A DNA stretch of 64,000 nt, taken from contig JAGVGF010000002.1 of the NCBI GenBank assembly GCA_020057295.1, forward strand, positions 64,001 to 128,000, read 5' to 3'. The translations under genes were made by a program, and so were the position numbers. The notes under the pieces were generated by a model. The model did no database searches. It was not told the DNA's origin and was given only the letters and a program-made list of their open reading frames with translations. Shown here piece by piece: positions 19,905-30,813 of this stretch; position 1 is the first letter of the stretch; every line of letters starts with the position of its first letter. The DNA is from an archaeon. GTDB lineage: Archaea > Nanobdellota > Nanobdellia > Woesearchaeales > UBA9642.

Positions 19905-20975
19905 GTGATTCCAAAAGATGTTGAATATTTAAAATGTATAAATTGTGGGCACGATTTGCTATTAAAAGTCTTCGAAACAGAAAAAGATGAATGTGTAGAA
20001 GGAAAATTATCCTGCAAACATTGTAACGAAGAGTGGCCCGTAATCAATGCAATACCGCGTTTGTTGCCTAAAAACTTACTTAAAAATTTAGTTTTGCCTT
20101 ATCATAAAGATTTCTTTGATAAATATCATTTTGATGTATCAGAAAAGAACAGATCCGATAAGTCCAGTAATGATGATAAGTTAAAAAGTAAGACTGCTCA
20201 AAGTTTTGGTTTCGAGTGGTTAAAATATCCTAAAATATTAAACCAATTTGAGAAAGATTGGGAGAGATACTTTCATCCGTTCATAACAAGAAAAGATATT
20301 AAAGGAAGTGTTGTAGCAGATTTTGGATGTGGGATGGCTAAACATGGATATTTTATTGGAAAATATGCTTCCAAAAAATATATTGGATTAGATTTAAGTG
20401 AGGCTACTGAGGCAGCATATAGAAATACTAAAAAATTCAAACCATTAATAGTACAGGCAGACATTTATCATATTCCGTTAAAAGGTGAAAAGATTGATAT
20501 TTGTTATTCTATTGGTGTATTACATCATCTTCCAAATCCTGAAAATGGCTTCATAAGTATTATAAAGAATATGCGCAAAGGTTCTAAAATATTTATGTGG
20601 GTATACGGGCAAAGAGGAAATTCTCGTGCTCTATATTTATACAATCCAATACGTTTTGTGACAACTAGAATGAATAGAAAATTTTTATATAATTTGTGTC
20701 ACATTCCAGCTATTGCAGTACATTCATTAAACAGTGTATCTAAAGGATTATCAAAGATAGGATTAAAAAAATCTGCTAGATTAATTCCATTCAGTTATTA
20801 TACAGATTTCCCGTACACTTTCAAGGTAAGCGACACTTTTGATACATTAGGAACACCAACTCAAATATACTATAAAATGAGTGAGATTGATAGTTGGTTC
20901 AAACATTCAAAATTAAAAAAATATCAATTAGAATATGATGTTGTACAAGGAATAAAAGGATATGGTGTAAAATAA
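19905..20975 (+). CDS. SAM-dependent methyltransferase with N-terminal Trm112-like Zn domain
   Basis: LKCINC...LSCKHC...WPVINAIPRLL followed by SFGFEW, DFGCGMA, SIGVLHH. Confidence 0.75.
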   Translation: MIPKDVEYLKCINCGHDLLLKVFETEKDECVEGKLSCKHCNEEWPVINAIPRLLPKNLLKNLVLPYHKDFFDKYHFDVSEKNRSDKSSNDDKLKSKTAQSFGFEWLKYPKILNQFEKDWERYFHPFITRKDIKGSVVADFGCGMAKHGYFIGKYASKKYIGLDLSEATEAAYRNTKKFKPLIVQADIYHIPLKGEKIDICYSIGVLHHLPNPENGFISIIKNMRKGSKIFMWVYGQRGNSRALYLYNPIRFVTTRMNRKFLYNLCHIPAIAVHSLNSVSKGLSKIGLKKSARLIPFSYYTDFPYTFKVSDTFDTLGTPTQIYYKMSEIDSWFKHSKLKKYQLEYDVVQGIKGYGVK

Positions 20976-20976
20976 T

Positions 20977-22863
20977 ATGTGCGGAATAAACGGATTTAAT
21001 TGGGAAGATAAGAATTTAATTAGTTCTATGAATAAAAACATTAAACATAGAGGTCCAGACGATCAAGGAACATTTGTGAGTAATAGATTAAGTCTAGCTC
21101 AAGTAAGATTATCGATTATAGATTTGACGCCAGCAGGTCATAATCCTATGTTTTATGATAAAAAAACAGGTGCATTTTCAGAAAGACATCAAAAACATTT
21201 AATGAATGATGCTAAATTAGGAATAGTTTTTAATGGAGAAATATACAATTATCAAGATATTAAATCTGAACTAGAATTAAAAGGATACGCTTTTTCAACA
21301 AAATGTGACACCGAAGTCATACTAGCAAGTTATCTCGAGTGGGGATATGATTGTGTTAAGCATTTTAATGGAATGTGGGCATTCTGTATATATGATTCTA
21401 AGAAGAAAATCTTATTTTGTTCAAGAGATAGACTTGGAGTAAAACCATTCTATTACTATTATAAGAACGGAAAATTCATATTCAGTTCAGAACTCAAGGG
21501 AATATTAGCACACAAGAATTTAAAGATTAACACTAAAGAAAATATTAACAAAGATGCAGTACAATTATACTTCTCATTAGGATTTGTACCATCACCATAT
21601 TCCATATATCATGACGTATTTAAACTTGAAGCTAGACAGAATTTGATATTTGATCTTTCATCTAAAAAAATTAAGAGACAATGGTATTATTATGAGATTC
21701 CAAAACTAAATCCTGTTCATGATAAGAAGAAATTGATAGAAGAAGGTCGAGAAATATTAAGAGATGCTGTCAGAATAAGAATTATTGCAGATGTTCCTGT
21801 AGGAGCATTCTTATCAGGAGGATTGGATAGTTCAACCGTAGTTGGTGTGATGAAAGATTTTACTGAATTAAAAAAATTACACACATTTTCCATAGGTTTT
21901 GAAGGAAAATACGATGAAACAAAATATATTAATATAGTAAAAAACTATTTTGGAACAAAACACCATCATTATTATTTCAAAGAGAAAGATTTTGAAAATT
22001 TGATAGATACATACTCGTTTATGTATGATGAACCATTTTGGGATTATTCAGGATTTCCAACATACAAAGTTTCAGAATTAGCAAAAAAGCATGTAACAGT
22101 GTGTTTAAGCGGTGATGGTGGGGATGAAATATTTGGAGGATATAATACTCATGTTGCAGGATATCGTATGGATTTAATATATAAATTACCAAGATTTTTA
22201 CGTTTTATTGGTTCTAAAATACCTGCAAGGAAGAATTTAAACGGCTTTGCTTCAGCGTATTTATTAAAAGAAGCATTTAAAGCATCCCTTAAAGATAAAA
22301 AATATTTTTATGCTACAGCAATATCAGAAGACAGTATACGACCAGAAGTATATAAAAAAATAACAATTCAAAAATTAGACTATGCATTAAAAAAAGGAAA
22401 CAATAAACTTTCAGAAGCTTTACGAATTTATGATCTAATGTCCAATTCTTTACAGGATAATTTTTTGGTTAAGGTAGATCGCGCATCGATGATGCACGCA
22501 CTTGAAGTAAGGAGTCCTTTTTTAGATTATAGATTTGTAGAATTTGCTCAAAAAATACCTTCAGAATGGAAACAAAATTCTATTAAAACAAAGATTCTCA
22601 TGAGAGAAATAATTAAAGATATTGTTCCAAAAGAAATAGTAAATCGTGGAAAACAAGGTTTTAGCCCGCCAATCGATAAATGGATACTACAAAAGAAATA
22701 TTCTAAAGATTTTAAAAAATATATCGAGCAAATAAAATCTATTGACAGCGATATTTATTTATTCTATAAGAATAAAGTTTTTAAAAATGATAATGTATTA
22801 TACACTAACTACAGAATAAGATTATATCTATTCGGCTTATGGAGTAAAAAATGGTTAAAGTAG
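20977..22863 (+). CDS. asnB: Glutamine-hydrolysing asparagine synthase-family amidotransferase (probably glycan amidation)
   Basis: MCGING Ntn start, HRGPDD, FNGEIYN, LSGGLDSS, SGDGGDE, KVDRASM, EVRSPFLD. Confidence 0.9.
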   Translation: MCGINGFNWEDKNLISSMNKNIKHRGPDDQGTFVSNRLSLAQVRLSIIDLTPAGHNPMFYDKKTGAFSERHQKHLMNDAKLGIVFNGEIYNYQDIKSELELKGYAFSTKCDTEVILASYLEWGYDCVKHFNGMWAFCIYDSKKKILFCSRDRLGVKPFYYYYKNGKFIFSSELKGILAHKNLKINTKENINKDAVQLYFSLGFVPSPYSIYHDVFKLEARQNLIFDLSSKKIKRQWYYYEIPKLNPVHDKKKLIEEGREILRDAVRIRIIADVPVGAFLSGGLDSSTVVGVMKDFTELKKLHTFSIGFEGKYDETKYINIVKNYFGTKHHHYYFKEKDFENLIDTYSFMYDEPFWDYSGFPTYKVSELAKKHVTVCLSGDGGDEIFGGYNTHVAGYRMDLIYKLPRFLRFIGSKIPARKNLNGFASAYLLKEAFKASLKDKKYFYATAISEDSIRPEVYKKITIQKLDYALKKGNNKLSEALRIYDLMSNSLQDNFLVKVDRASMMHALEVRSPFLDYRFVEFAQKIPSEWKQNSIKTKILMREIIKDIVPKEIVNRGKQGFSPPIDKWILQKKYSKDFKKYIEQIKSIDSDIYLFYKNKVFKNDNVLYTNYRIRLYLFGLWSKKWLK

Positions 22864-23690
22864 AATTGTATGAACATACCTATAAGCGAAAGAAACACTT
22901 TAGTTTTGGACAAAATTGGAAAGAGTATTTGAATTCTCTAAATGAAGATAAAATTAACGAAGCAAAGAAATCTCTTACCAGATTTTTGGGCGGAAAAGAT
23001 AAAATACGAAATAAAACTTTTGTAGATATAGGTTGTGGCAGCGGATTATTCTCTCTTGCAGCGTTTCTACTGGGTGCAAAAAAAGTAGTAAGTGTAGATA
23101 TAGATGATGCTTCTTTATACTGTGTAAACACACTTAGAAAAAAATATTCGTCTAATCCGGATAAATGGGTTGTAAAAAAGGGTTCTGCATTAGATAAATC
23201 ATTTATGAAAAGACTAGGAAAATTTGACATAGTGTATAGTTGGGGAGTGCTTCATCATACAGGAAATATGTATCAGGCATTCGATAATCTAACAATGCTT
23301 TCTCATGAAAAAAGTATAATCTATTTGGCAATATATAATAATAATAGAATATTTTTTGAAGGAACATCCCCTTTCTGGCTTAAAATCAAAAAGATTTATA
23401 ATTCCTCAAATAAAATTATTAAAAAATGTATTTATTATATATATACATTATATCTCATATTTGGAATAACTGTATCAGGAAAAAATACTATAAAATATAT
23501 TAAGGATTATCATACATTACGTGGAATGAACTTTTTTACTGATATAAAAGACTGGCTTGGCGGATATCCTTACGAATATGCGTCAACGCAAGAAATTACT
23601 GATTATTTCAAAAATCTAGGTTATATTGCTAAAAAAATCAGCAAAGCAAGATCATTAGGATGCAATGAATATTTGATTGGTCGTCTTTAA
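22851..23690 (+). CDS. Class I SAM-dependent methyltransferase
   Basis: FVDIGCGSG, YSWGVLHHTG, DWLGGYPYE. Confidence 0.85.
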   Translation: MVKVELYEHTYKRKKHFSFGQNWKEYLNSLNEDKINEAKKSLTRFLGGKDKIRNKTFVDIGCGSGLFSLAAFLLGAKKVVSVDIDDASLYCVNTLRKKYSSNPDKWVVKKGSALDKSFMKRLGKFDIVYSWGVLHHTGNMYQAFDNLTMLSHEKSIIYLAIYNNNRIFFEGTSPFWLKIKKIYNSSNKIIKKCIYYIYTLYLIFGITVSGKNTIKYIKDYHTLRGMNFFTDIKDWLGGYPYEYASTQEITDYFKNLGYIAKKISKARSLGCNEYLIGRL

Positions 23691-23707
23691 GTACGAATTG
23701 TATAATC

Positions 23708-24769
23708 TTATTCTTGATTATAATTATCTGGAGAAGTTACTGAACGTATACTCTTAGAATTTATGTACGTTTGCATAGATTCTTTTTTATTATCATACAA
23801 TGATTTATTTCTTGTTATTACACACGTGATAAAGAATAGAAACTTTCTAATAAATCTAGGTATAATAAAAGGTATGGATAAAAATAATATTTTTATAGAA
23901 TGTACTTTTTTATTTAATTTGAATACATAAAGCATGTTTTCCCTATAATTACCAGAAAAAGTCGTAGCGATATAAGATTCGCCAAACACTTCAATCGATA
24001 CTCCGCTATATTTGAGTTTTGATAAGTTTTTTCCCGTTTGTTTTTCTATCGTGTCAATTAGATCGTAGTATCCCTCTACAAATATTTTAAGATGATCTAT
24101 GTTAGTATAAACTAGATTATTATTTTTTGTATTATCTGTAATAGCGTGATTAAATAGATAAAAATTTATATTATTTTCAATTGATGCTAATATAGCAATA
24201 TGCAGATGTGGCCAAATATCGCTAAATTTAGGATATTTTTTAATTATTTTCTTAGAATATGTAGCTGGTATAATTATATTACTTAATAATCCCATGCTTG
24301 TCAGATATCTTTTGAACATAGAATCATTAATACTAATATTATAAGAGCCTTCTTTTAATCCTTTATAAAAAGAGAAAGATTTACCATCTTTTGATATCGA
24401 GTTAAGCAGGAATATTTTTTTTCTTTCGGAAATTAGATTCATTATTTGCGGAAGCTTGTCTTTTATTATTAAATCGTCATCACCCAAAAACCATATAAAT
24501 TCTCCTCGAGCTTTCTCTATTATCTTTAAAATATTTCCCTTACATTTAAGGTTGATCTTGTTTCTATGATATCTTATCTTTTTTTCTTTTGCATATTTTT
24601 TTTTATATAATTCAAAAGTTCCGTCATCAGAAGCATTATCTGAAATCAGAATTTCGATATCATTAAAATTAAATTTTTTAATTTGATTTAATGTATTATC
24701 TACCAACCTTTCTAAATATTTTCTCCTATTCCATGTCGGAATTCCTATCGTTAATTTAATATTTTTCAT
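23708..24769 (-). CDS. GT2 glycosyltransferase (abequosyl/deoxyhexosyltransferase-like)
   Basis: IGIPTWNR, ISDNASDD, WFLGDDD. Confidence 0.85.
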   Translation of the reverse strand: MKNIKLTIGIPTWNRRKYLERLVDNTLNQIKKFNFNDIEILISDNASDDGTFELYKKKYAKEKKIRYHRNKINLKCKGNILKIIEKARGEFIWFLGDDDLIIKDKLPQIMNLISERKKIFLLNSISKDGKSFSFYKGLKEGSYNISINDSMFKRYLTSMGLLSNIIIPATYSKKIIKKYPKFSDIWPHLHIAILASIENNINFYLFNHAITDNTKNNNLVYTNIDHLKIFVEGYYDLIDTIEKQTGKNLSKLKYSGVSIEVFGESYIATTFSGNYRENMLYVFKLNKKVHSIKILFLSIPFIIPRFIRKFLFFITCVITRNKSLYDNKKESMQTYINSKSIRSVTSPDNYNQE

Positions 24770-25683
24770 TTCAGAATTTTTATTATTTGCTCGGTAATTT
24801 TATCTTTTGATATTCCGCTTAAATCTCTAAGATAATCCTGAGAACCTACTGTTTTAATGAATCCATGATCTATAGAAAAACCTTTGAACAAGAAATCCTT
24901 ATAGGTTGATGTAGCGATAATCTCTGATAGTAGACTACTCAAACCTCCTTCTTTAACGTGTTCTTCCAATGAAAAGATGTATTTATACTTTTTTAATAAG
25001 TCTAGAATTTGTTTCTCATCAAATGGTTTTATTATCGGGCAACTTGATAAGGCAAAATTTTTACCATGCTTATTTTTTAAATCTTCCACTATCTTTGTTC
25101 CCAATTCAAGCATGTTACCCGTAGTTAGGATAATACCATCTTCACCTTCAGAAATAGAAATAATGTTTTTAAGTTCTACTTCCTCTTTATGAATATTTGG
25201 CTCTTTATTTTTTCCTAGCCTAATATAAAATGGTCCGCTATTTTCTATAGCATATTTTACTGATGCTTTAACTTCAATAGGATCGCCAGGACAAAGAATT
25301 TTCATATTAGGTAAAGTCCTTAGTATTCCTATATCTTCAAATGCATGATGAGTACTTCCAGATTTACTATAGGAGAAACCTCCTCCTACCCCGACTATAA
25401 TTACATCTAGATTATGATATGCTATGTTGACTTTTATTTGTTCGAAACATCGGGCTGTTGCGAAAGGCGCAATCGAATAAACAAATACTTTTTTGCCCGT
25501 CAAAGCCAAACCAGCTGCGACTCCTATAAGATTCTGCTCAGCCAACCCAACATTAATATAATTATTAGGATATTTTTCCATAAATTCTTCAAATACAGAA
25601 AATCCTAAGTCCGCTGTCATGAAAATAATATTCTTATCTGTCTCAACAAACTTAGTTAATTCTTTTATAAATGTGTTTCTCAT
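24766..25683 (-). CDS. Transketolase-like enzyme, C-terminal (pyrimidine-binding) subunit
   Basis: ADLG, NVGLAEQNLIG, GSTHHAFED, YIRLGK, LEEH. Confidence 0.9.
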   Translation of the reverse strand: MRNTFIKELTKFVETDKNIIFMTADLGFSVFEEFMEKYPNNYINVGLAEQNLIGVAAGLALTGKKVFVYSIAPFATARCFEQIKVNIAYHNLDVIIVGVGGGFSYSKSGSTHHAFEDIGILRTLPNMKILCPGDPIEVKASVKYAIENSGPFYIRLGKNKEPNIHKEEVELKNIISISEGEDGIILTTGNMLELGTKIVEDLKNKHGKNFALSSCPIIKPFDEKQILDLLKKYKYIFSLEEHVKEGGLSSLLSEIIATSTYKDFLFKGFSIDHGFIKTVGSQDYLRDLSGISKDKITEQIIKILK

Positions 25684-26483
25684 TTTAGTTCATCTAATGC
25701 ACGTTGTAATTGTTCATCATTTAATGATTTATAATGCCACTCTAATTTATCTTCTATAAATCCTACTCCCTTTCCTTTAACAGTATGAGCAATAATAACC
25801 AGAGGCTTATCAGGATTTTCTCTAATTTCGTTAAGAGCGGATTTAATTTCATCAAAATTGTGTCCATCAATTTCTCTTACATTCCATCCAAAGGATTTCC
25901 ATCTCAAAGAAAATTGTGTCATGTCAGAAAAATCACTCGTTCTTCCAAATCCTTGCAATTTGTTATAATCAATAATTGCAATGAGATTTTTCAATTTTTG
26001 AACAGGTGCGAATGATGCTGCTTCCCATATCATTCCTTCGTTACATTCCCCGTCTCCAAGTAATACTATAGTTTTATTGTTAAACCCATTCATTTTTGAA
26101 GATAATGCTATTCCTGATGCTACGGATAAACCATGCCCTAGAGACCCCAATGAATATTCAACTCCTTCTACTTGGCTGTTTATGTGATCTCCTAGATAAC
26201 TTCCATCTACATCCACCTCTTCTATTTCTTTCTTGGATATTATCCCTTTATCAAATAAAATAGCGTATATAAGTATAGAGCTATGTGCTTTGCTTAGTAT
26301 AAAGTAGTCTCTGTCCGGTTTCTTTTTTGTCAGATCTAAATTCAAATGATCATAATATAGATAAACAAGTAATTCCACGGCTGAAAAAGCTGAACCAAGA
26401 TGTGCAGACTTCGATCTGTGTTTAGATTTAATTATTATTCTTCTAATGTCTCTACACTTTTCTTTAAATTTAATAATATCCAA
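25680..26483 (-). CDS. Transketolase-like enzyme, N-terminal TPP-binding subunit
   Basis: HLGSAFS, LSKAH, GSLGHGL, GDGECNEG TPP motif, TVKGKG. Confidence 0.9.
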   Translation of the reverse strand: MDIIKFKEKCRDIRRIIIKSKHRSKSAHLGSAFSAVELLVYLYYDHLNLDLTKKKPDRDYFILSKAHSSILIYAILFDKGIISKKEIEEVDVDGSYLGDHINSQVEGVEYSLGSLGHGLSVASGIALSSKMNGFNNKTIVLLGDGECNEGMIWEAASFAPVQKLKNLIAIIDYNKLQGFGRTSDFSDMTQFSLRWKSFGWNVREIDGHNFDEIKSALNEIRENPDKPLVIIAHTVKGKGVGFIEDKLEWHYKSLNDEQLQRALDELK

Positions 26484-26485
26484 TT

Positions 26486-27457
26486 TTACCTCTCATATAT
26501 GTGCTCATTTTTTCTCATCCAATCTAATGTTTTTCTTAAACCTGATTCTAAATTGTGTTTAGGTTTCCACTTGAGAAGCTTTTCCATTTTTTTAATATCT
26601 GCACACCATCTATAATTTTCATTTTTTCTATTTTTAATAGCTCCAAATAATAGTTTTATATCACTAGAATAAACTTTTTTCATCAATTTTGCTGTGTCTC
26701 TTATAGAATTATCCTTTCCTGTTCCTATATTTAAGGTTTCGCCAGTTATTTTATTATGCATTTTTATTATTCTTAAATAAGCTTCAACAATATCCTCTAT
26801 AAATATAAAATCTCTTGTTTGTAATCCTGAAGTTAAATTAATATTTTTATCATTTTTAACTATTGCCTTGACCAAACTAGGAATAAATCTTGTTTCTTCT
26901 TCATAATATCCATATACTGAGAATAACCTAAGATGGATAATATTTTTGTTATATCTTCTATAAAGCATGTGTCCATATAATTCTGTAGAAGCCTTTGTAA
27001 CACCATATATATCTATTGGTTCCAAAACGTCGTTTTCGCTCATAGCTTCTTTTTTATGTCCATATTCTGAGGAGCTTCCTGTATTGATAAAACACTTATA
27101 ATTAATGTTTTGGCACGCCTCCATTAAATTAATAGTTCCTAAAAGGTTGGTCCGAATAATTTTATCTCTTTCTGTCTGTTTATCTGGATATGCTCCATAA
27201 GTAGCAAGATGAAGTATATAATCTGGTTTAATTTTTTCTACCAGATTTCTTAATATTTGGAAGTCATTTAAATCATTATAATGTATTTTTAGATTTTTAT
27301 TTTTTAATAAATCATTTATTCTCCATAGATTAGAACTTTCCCTTATTATTATGTGAACTTCAAATTTTTTTAATTCTAGAAATTTTCTTAATAGATTTGC
27401 ACCAACAAAACCTGTAGCTCCTGTTAAAAATATTATTTCATTATTTACTCTATCCAA
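26486..27457 (-). CDS. NAD-dependent epimerase/reductase (extended SDR), nucleotide-sugar 4-reductase-like
   Basis: TGATGFVG, GSSSEYG, YGVTK (YxxxK). Confidence 0.85.
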   Translation of the reverse strand: MDRVNNEIIFLTGATGFVGANLLRKFLELKKFEVHIIIRESSNLWRINDLLKNKNLKIHYNDLNDFQILRNLVEKIKPDYILHLATYGAYPDKQTERDKIIRTNLLGTINLMEACQNINYKCFINTGSSSEYGHKKEAMSENDVLEPIDIYGVTKASTELYGHMLYRRYNKNIIHLRLFSVYGYYEEETRFIPSLVKAIVKNDKNINLTSGLQTRDFIFIEDIVEAYLRIIKMHNKITGETLNIGTGKDNSIRDTAKLMKKVYSSDIKLLFGAIKNRKNENYRWCADIKKMEKLLKWKPKHNLESGLRKTLDWMRKNEHIYER

Positions 27458-28587
27458 TGAGGCACCCCTACAAGTGATCCTATCATGCCTTTAAAATGAA
27501 ATTCATTCTTGAGCCTTAGTGTTATCTCATTTTCATATGTCATGCTTAATATTATTATAGCGTCTATTGAGGATATTTTCTCTTCTGTAGGTTCAACTAT
27601 TTTAATAGTTTTACCAAAAGTGTATCTCTCCCATTTATTAGGATCCGAATCGAATATACACTTCACATTTTCAGAATTAATGTTTGCATAGTTTATTAGG
27701 CTGACTCCACCTCCTGATGCTCCCCAAAATGCAATTCTTTTATTTTTTAATGTAATCTCATTTATCATTTTATTTAGGTGTGTGTTGATTTTATCTTGTG
27801 ATTCATTAAACTCCTTTAATTTTTTGTTTAATGTCACTTTTTTTACAATAGCAACTAAGTAATCATCATTCATAACAGTATAATATTTTAATAATTCAAA
27901 ACCATTTCTGTTTAGAACGTGAGTTAATGTGTTACCAGAAAAATAAATTACGTGTTCTCTAAAGAACTCGAAATATCTCTTTTCTTTTAACATTTTTTCA
28001 AAACTTGGTACTTCTATAAGGCCAATTGCTCCTTCTTTACAGTTTTCGTTTATTAAGTTCAAAAATTCATTAGGTTTCGGTATGTGTTCTAATACAAATC
28101 TTATTACGAATCCATCAAATTTCTCTGGAAAAGTCGCAGTTTTTTTATCGAAATAATTATTGATAACTTTAACTCCTCTTTTTTCTGCTAAGAGAGATGC
28201 TGCTTTTGAAGGTTCAAACCCTGTTATGACTGCTCCTCTTTTCAATAATAACTCAGAAAATAATCCGTCTCCACAACCAATTTCAACTATGTTTTTTTTC
28301 TCTAGGCCTTTTTGTAATGCTTCATAATTATTAATATTTTCTTCAATGAATGCTAATGCAGATTTTGAAAAAGAAGTATTTCTCTGATAATCATCCTCAT
28401 AAGCTTCTTCAAAATCTTCACTTAATTGTATGGTATTACATTCCATGCATCGAAATACATGTATATCTGTAAGATTTTCTTCATCTGATTCTGTTTTTTT
28501 AAGCGAAAATTTGTGACTAGATTTCGGACATGTAGAAGATTCAAAAATAATTTCTATTTTATTAGACTCGCAAATTCTACAATTCAT
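27445..28587 (-). CDS. Nucleotide-sugar C-methyltransferase-like protein
   Basis: N-terminal CRIC...CMEC Zn site, VEIGCGDG, VLEHI, EVP, EHVIYF, C-terminal FWGASGGG Rossmann-like domain. Confidence 0.75.
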   Translation of the reverse strand: MNCRICESNKIEIIFESSTCPKSSHKFSLKKTESDEENLTDIHVFRCMECNTIQLSEDFEEAYEDDYQRNTSFSKSALAFIEENINNYEALQKGLEKKNIVEIGCGDGLFSELLLKRGAVITGFEPSKAASLLAEKRGVKVINNYFDKKTATFPEKFDGFVIRFVLEHIPKPNEFLNLINENCKEGAIGLIEVPSFEKMLKEKRYFEFFREHVIYFSGNTLTHVLNRNGFELLKYYTVMNDDYLVAIVKKVTLNKKLKEFNESQDKINTHLNKMINEITLKNKRIAFWGASGGGVSLINYANINSENVKCIFDSDPNKWERYTFGKTIKIVEPTEEKISSIDAIIILSMTYENEITLRLKNEFHFKGMIGSLVGVPHWIE

Positions 28588-29741
28588 TAGATCCTCCCTC
28601 TGATTTTAGTTAGTCTTGGTGATATTACATATATTTCTCCTTTGAAATTAATATCTTCTAGATGTTTCAGAATTTCTTTTTCATATGCCATCGCGGAAAG
28701 TATTATAACGTCGGTCTGATCCGATTTTATTTTCTCTGGAGAAAATATTTCAATATGCGATCCTGGCGAATATTTTCCTATTTTTTTTGTATCGGAATCA
28801 ATAATGTATTTTATACTTTTGGAATCAAAATCACACATAGATAAAAGTGCTAAACCTTTTCCGCCGGCGCCCCACATTGATATGCTTTTATTTTCTGATA
28901 TTAAATTTCTAACTTTTGTGTTGAAATCTTCTTTATATATATCAAATTCGCTTTTAAATCTTGATTCTTCTAACGGCGCAGTCTTCTTAAATATTATAAC
29001 AAGGAATTCGTTGTTATAGGAATCAAAAATATCCAGAACCTTAAAGTTATTTCTAGTAACTAGGTGTACTAAAGACTCTTTGGTATAATATGCCACATGA
29101 TCAGCAAATATATCATAATATCTATCAAATTTTATAGCTTTCTCGAAAGACGGAACTTCTATTAATCCTATCCCGTCCTCTCTCAAAAATTTGTGCATTG
29201 CTTTTAATACTTCGTTAGGGTTCTTTAGGTGTTCGAATACCGCTCTACTAACTATAGCATCAACACTGTTCTTAGGTATTGAAAGATTCTCAGTAAAATA
29301 TTCATAAACAACTGTTATTCCTTTTTCTTCTGCAAACTTTCCAAAAGCAGCAGATGGTTCTATTCCAACTGTTTGAGCTCCATGTTTATTTAGATATTCA
29401 CAAAAAATACCGTCTCCACAGCCAATTTCGTATATTATTTTTTTATTAAGATCGTATTTTTCAATTAACGTTTTTGCTAGTTCTTCGATATACAGATTTA
29501 TCTGTTTGGAAAAGGAAGTGGTCATTATGTAATCTTCGTAATAATCTTCGGGTACTACGGATAAGTCGCCTAGTTGATACAAATTACATGCAGTGCATCT
29601 AACTAGAGAGAGATTTATTTTGTGATCCTCTTCTAATTCATTTTTTTTAAGAAGTTTTTGGATATTTATAGGAGCACCATCTATCTTAAGTATGGTAACA
29701 AGATTTTCACATTCGCATAGTATACATTTATGATTTTTCAT
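28587..29741 (-). CDS. Nucleotide-sugar C-methyltransferase-like protein (paralog of the adjacent gene)
   Basis: CILC...CTAC, EIGCGDG, VFEHL, EVPSF, DHVAYY, MWGAGGKG. Confidence 0.75.
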   Translation of the reverse strand: MKNHKCILCECENLVTILKIDGAPINIQKLLKKNELEEDHKINLSLVRCTACNLYQLGDLSVVPEDYYEDYIMTTSFSKQINLYIEELAKTLIEKYDLNKKIIYEIGCGDGIFCEYLNKHGAQTVGIEPSAAFGKFAEEKGITVVYEYFTENLSIPKNSVDAIVSRAVFEHLKNPNEVLKAMHKFLREDGIGLIEVPSFEKAIKFDRYYDIFADHVAYYTKESLVHLVTRNNFKVLDIFDSYNNEFLVIIFKKTAPLEESRFKSEFDIYKEDFNTKVRNLISENKSISMWGAGGKGLALLSMCDFDSKSIKYIIDSDTKKIGKYSPGSHIEIFSPEKIKSDQTDVIILSAMAYEKEILKHLEDINFKGEIYVISPRLTKIRGRI

Positions 29742-30813
29742 TTTCTTCAAACGTTTTAATAATATCTTCTGTATATTTTGTTACGTCTTCACCCTCATAA
29801 TATTTTTTATACCAGTTAAAAGTGTAATCTAAACCCCTATCTATACGAACTATCGGTCTCCACTTTAAAAAACTTTTTGCTTTTGTTGAGTCTAGATTTA
29901 GCATTGTAGCTTCGTGTTTACGATCGTCCTTAGGAGTTATTTCTATTTGACCTTCTCCAAGTATTTTTATGGCTCTATTAGCTACTTCTCTAACAGATAT
30001 ACAATCATCAAATTCTGGTCCAAAATTCCACGCATCAGCTACATCTGTTTTGCCTTCGTACAACAACTTTCCGACAGTCAGATATCCGTATAGCGGAGAC
30101 AAGACGAATTGCCATGGCCGAGTAGCTTCTGGAGATCTAATAACAAATTTAGTTTTTTTATCATAAATTGCTCTTATTATATCGGGTATTAGTCTATCTT
30201 TTGACCAATCTCCTCCAGCGACAACATTACCTGCTCTTACTGTAGCAATTAAAGTGTTATGTGTTTTTCCATAATCCTTCGGATTAAAAAATGAATCATG
30301 ATAAGATCTAGCAATTAATTCAACACATGCTTTTGAGGTACTGTAGGGATCATATCCTCTCAGTTCATCTATTTCTCTATATGGCCACATCCATTCTCTA
30401 TTATGATATACTTTGTCCGTTGTTATAATGACAATAGCTTTTACTGATTTAACTTCTCTAACCGCTTCCAAAAGATTAATTATTCCAAAAATATTAGTGT
30501 CATAAGTATCTCTAGGATCATCGTAACTGATTCTTACAATAGGTTGAGCAGCTAAATGAAAAATTATTTCCGGTTGATTTTCCTTAACAAACTTTTTTAA
30601 TTTATCAATATCTCTTATGTCTGCAAATTCATTAGCGGTCATTTTTTCTTCTAATTTTAGAATTTCAAAAATATTAGGAAATTCTTCCGGCTTCAATGCA
30701 TAGCCATATATTTTTGCATTCATCATAGACAACCATTTGACTAACCATCCGCCTTTAAATCCGGTGTGACCAGTTATAAGAACTTTTTTATTTTTATAGA
30801 ATTCTTTCATCAT
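29728..30813 (-). CDS. rfbG: CDP-glucose 4,6-dehydratase
   Basis: TGHTGFKGGWL, HLAAQPIV, TTDKVY, DPYSTSK, RAGNVVAGGDW, TRPWQ; ATG at 30813 chosen because GGAG precedes it. Confidence 0.92.
   Translation of the reverse strand: MMKEFYKNKKVLITGHTGFKGGWLVKWLSMMNAKIYGYALKPEEFPNIFEILKLEEKMTANEFADIRDIDKLKKFVKENQPEIIFHLAAQPIVRISYDDPRDTYDTNIFGIINLLEAVREVKSVKAIVIITTDKVYHNREWMWPYREIDELRGYDPYSTSKACVELIARSYHDSFFNPKDYGKTHNTLIATVRAGNVVAGGDWSKDRLIPDIIRAIYDKKTKFVIRSPEATRPWQFVLSPLYGYLTVGKLLYEGKTDVADAWNFGPEFDDCISVREVANRAIKILGEGQIEITPKDDRKHEATMLNLDSTKAKSFLKWRPIVRIDRGLDYTFNWYKKYYEGEDVTKYTEDIIKTFEENEKS

Noticed and set aside
20977-22863. AsnB as a lasso-peptide cyclase
   Set aside because: It has an intact N-terminal Cys glutaminase domain, no precursor or B-protein nearby, and a glycosyltransferase context
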